Positions 63,308 through 64,000 of a DNA stretch of 64,000 nucleotides are shown piece after piece. The stretch spans positions 379-64,378 of the forward strand of contig DATEQV010000162.1 in the NCBI GenBank assembly GCA_035272265.1. The letters run 5' to 3'. Source of the DNA: Acidisphaera sp. (GTDB lineage Bacteria; Pseudomonadota; Alphaproteobacteria; Acetobacterales; Acetobacteraceae). Made by a program: the position numbers and the translations under genes. How positions within the stretch are numbered: position 1 is the first letter of the stretch; every line of letters begins with the position of its first letter. The notes under the pieces were generated by a model. It was not told the DNA's origin and searched no databases. It saw only the letters and a program-made list of their open reading frames with translations.

Positions 63308-64000
63308 ATGGGCGGGGTCACGTGGGGCACGCTGATGGGGGGGCGGGTGCGCTACGCCCAGCCAGCCGAGGGCTTCCGCAGCGGAATCGAGCCGGTCCTG
63401 CTGGGGGCCGCGGTGCCGGCGCGGCAGGGCGAGCGCGTGCTGGAGGCGGGCAGCGGCGCGGGGGCCGGGTTGCTGTGCCTCGCGCACCGGACCGGCACGG
63501 GGGGGGTCGGCGTCGAGCTGGACCCGGCGCTGGCGGAGATCGCGGCGGGCAACGCGGCGGCGAACGGGTTCGAGGGGCTGCGCTTCGTCGCCGCCGATAT
63601 CGGACAGTGGATGTGCGACGCACGGTACGACCACGCGTTCGCCAATCCGCCCTATCACCCGCCGCACCTGCCCGCCTCGCCCGACGCGCGGCGGGATCGG
63701 GCGAAGCGCGCGGCGCCGATGTTGCTGGAGGCATGGACCGCGGCGCTGGCGCGAAGGGTGACCGAGGGCGGGAGCGTAACGCTCGTGCTGCCGGCGGGGC
63801 AGCTCGGCGATGTCCTCGCGGCGTACGCGCGGCATCGGCTGGGCAGTGTCGTCATCTATCCGCTGTGGCCGCGGGAGGGGCGGGCGGCAAAGCTGGTGCT
63901 GGTGCAGGGGCGCGTCGGCGGACGCGGTGCGCCGGTGCTGGCGGCGGGATTGGTGCTGCACGCGGCCGGCGGATTCACCGCGCAGGCCGATGCGGTGTTG
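63308..64000 (+). CDS. tRNA1(Val) m6A37 methyltransferase family protein (runs off the right edge)
   Basis: QP..GFRSGIEPVLL, VLEAGSGAG, VELD, ANPPY; no stop before the window end. Confidence 0.82.
   Translation, partial: MGGVTWGTLMGGRVRYAQPAEGFRSGIEPVLLGAAVPARQGERVLEAGSGAGAGLLCLAHRTGTGGVGVELDPALAEIAAGNAAANGFEGLRFVAADIGQWMCDARYDHAFANPPYHPPHLPASPDARRDRAKRAAPMLLEAWTAALARRVTEGGSVTLVLPAGQLGDVLAAYARHRLGSVVIYPLWPREGRAAKLVLVQGRVGGRGAPVLAAGLVLHAAGGFTAQADAVL

Overview
A GC-rich (about 70% by eye) alphaproteobacterial chromosomal segment, most consistent with Acetobacteraceae/Rhodospirillales; the tRNA-His keeps G-1 and C73. The backbone is housekeeping: argS-SPOR-nagZ-site-2 protease-scpAB-tatBC-serS, rplM-rpsI, tRNA-His, glnB-glnA, ftsK, pfkA, prpE/actP, cysS, trmJ and ispB. 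Accessory units are interspersed: three tandem TonB C-terminal-domain genes including a ~1-kb near-identical duplication; a RibD/DHFR-family gene bounded by IS5-like inverted repeats and a TAA duplication; a ~395-codon Arg/Cys/His-rich ORF with its own promoter that reads in frame into argS; an RHH-cytochrome c-VOC-Tat-GMC cluster; an IlvD/Edd paralog and an orphan GH108 lysozyme; a hybrid ABC operon; TPR-methyltransferase and GT-C-like genes beside tRNA-His; a triple-repeat/TPR exported protein; a fused GltD/PyrK (NfnBA-like) oxidoreductase; and two type II toxin-antitoxin pairs. serS has an anomalously low-GC, divergent N-terminal arm. Five frameshifts and one TGA at an expected Trp codon suggest assembly errors, so apparent pseudogenes and fusions need read-level checking. 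No CRISPR array, integrase, transposase or reverse transcriptase was recognised. All family calls come from motif recognition, not database searches.
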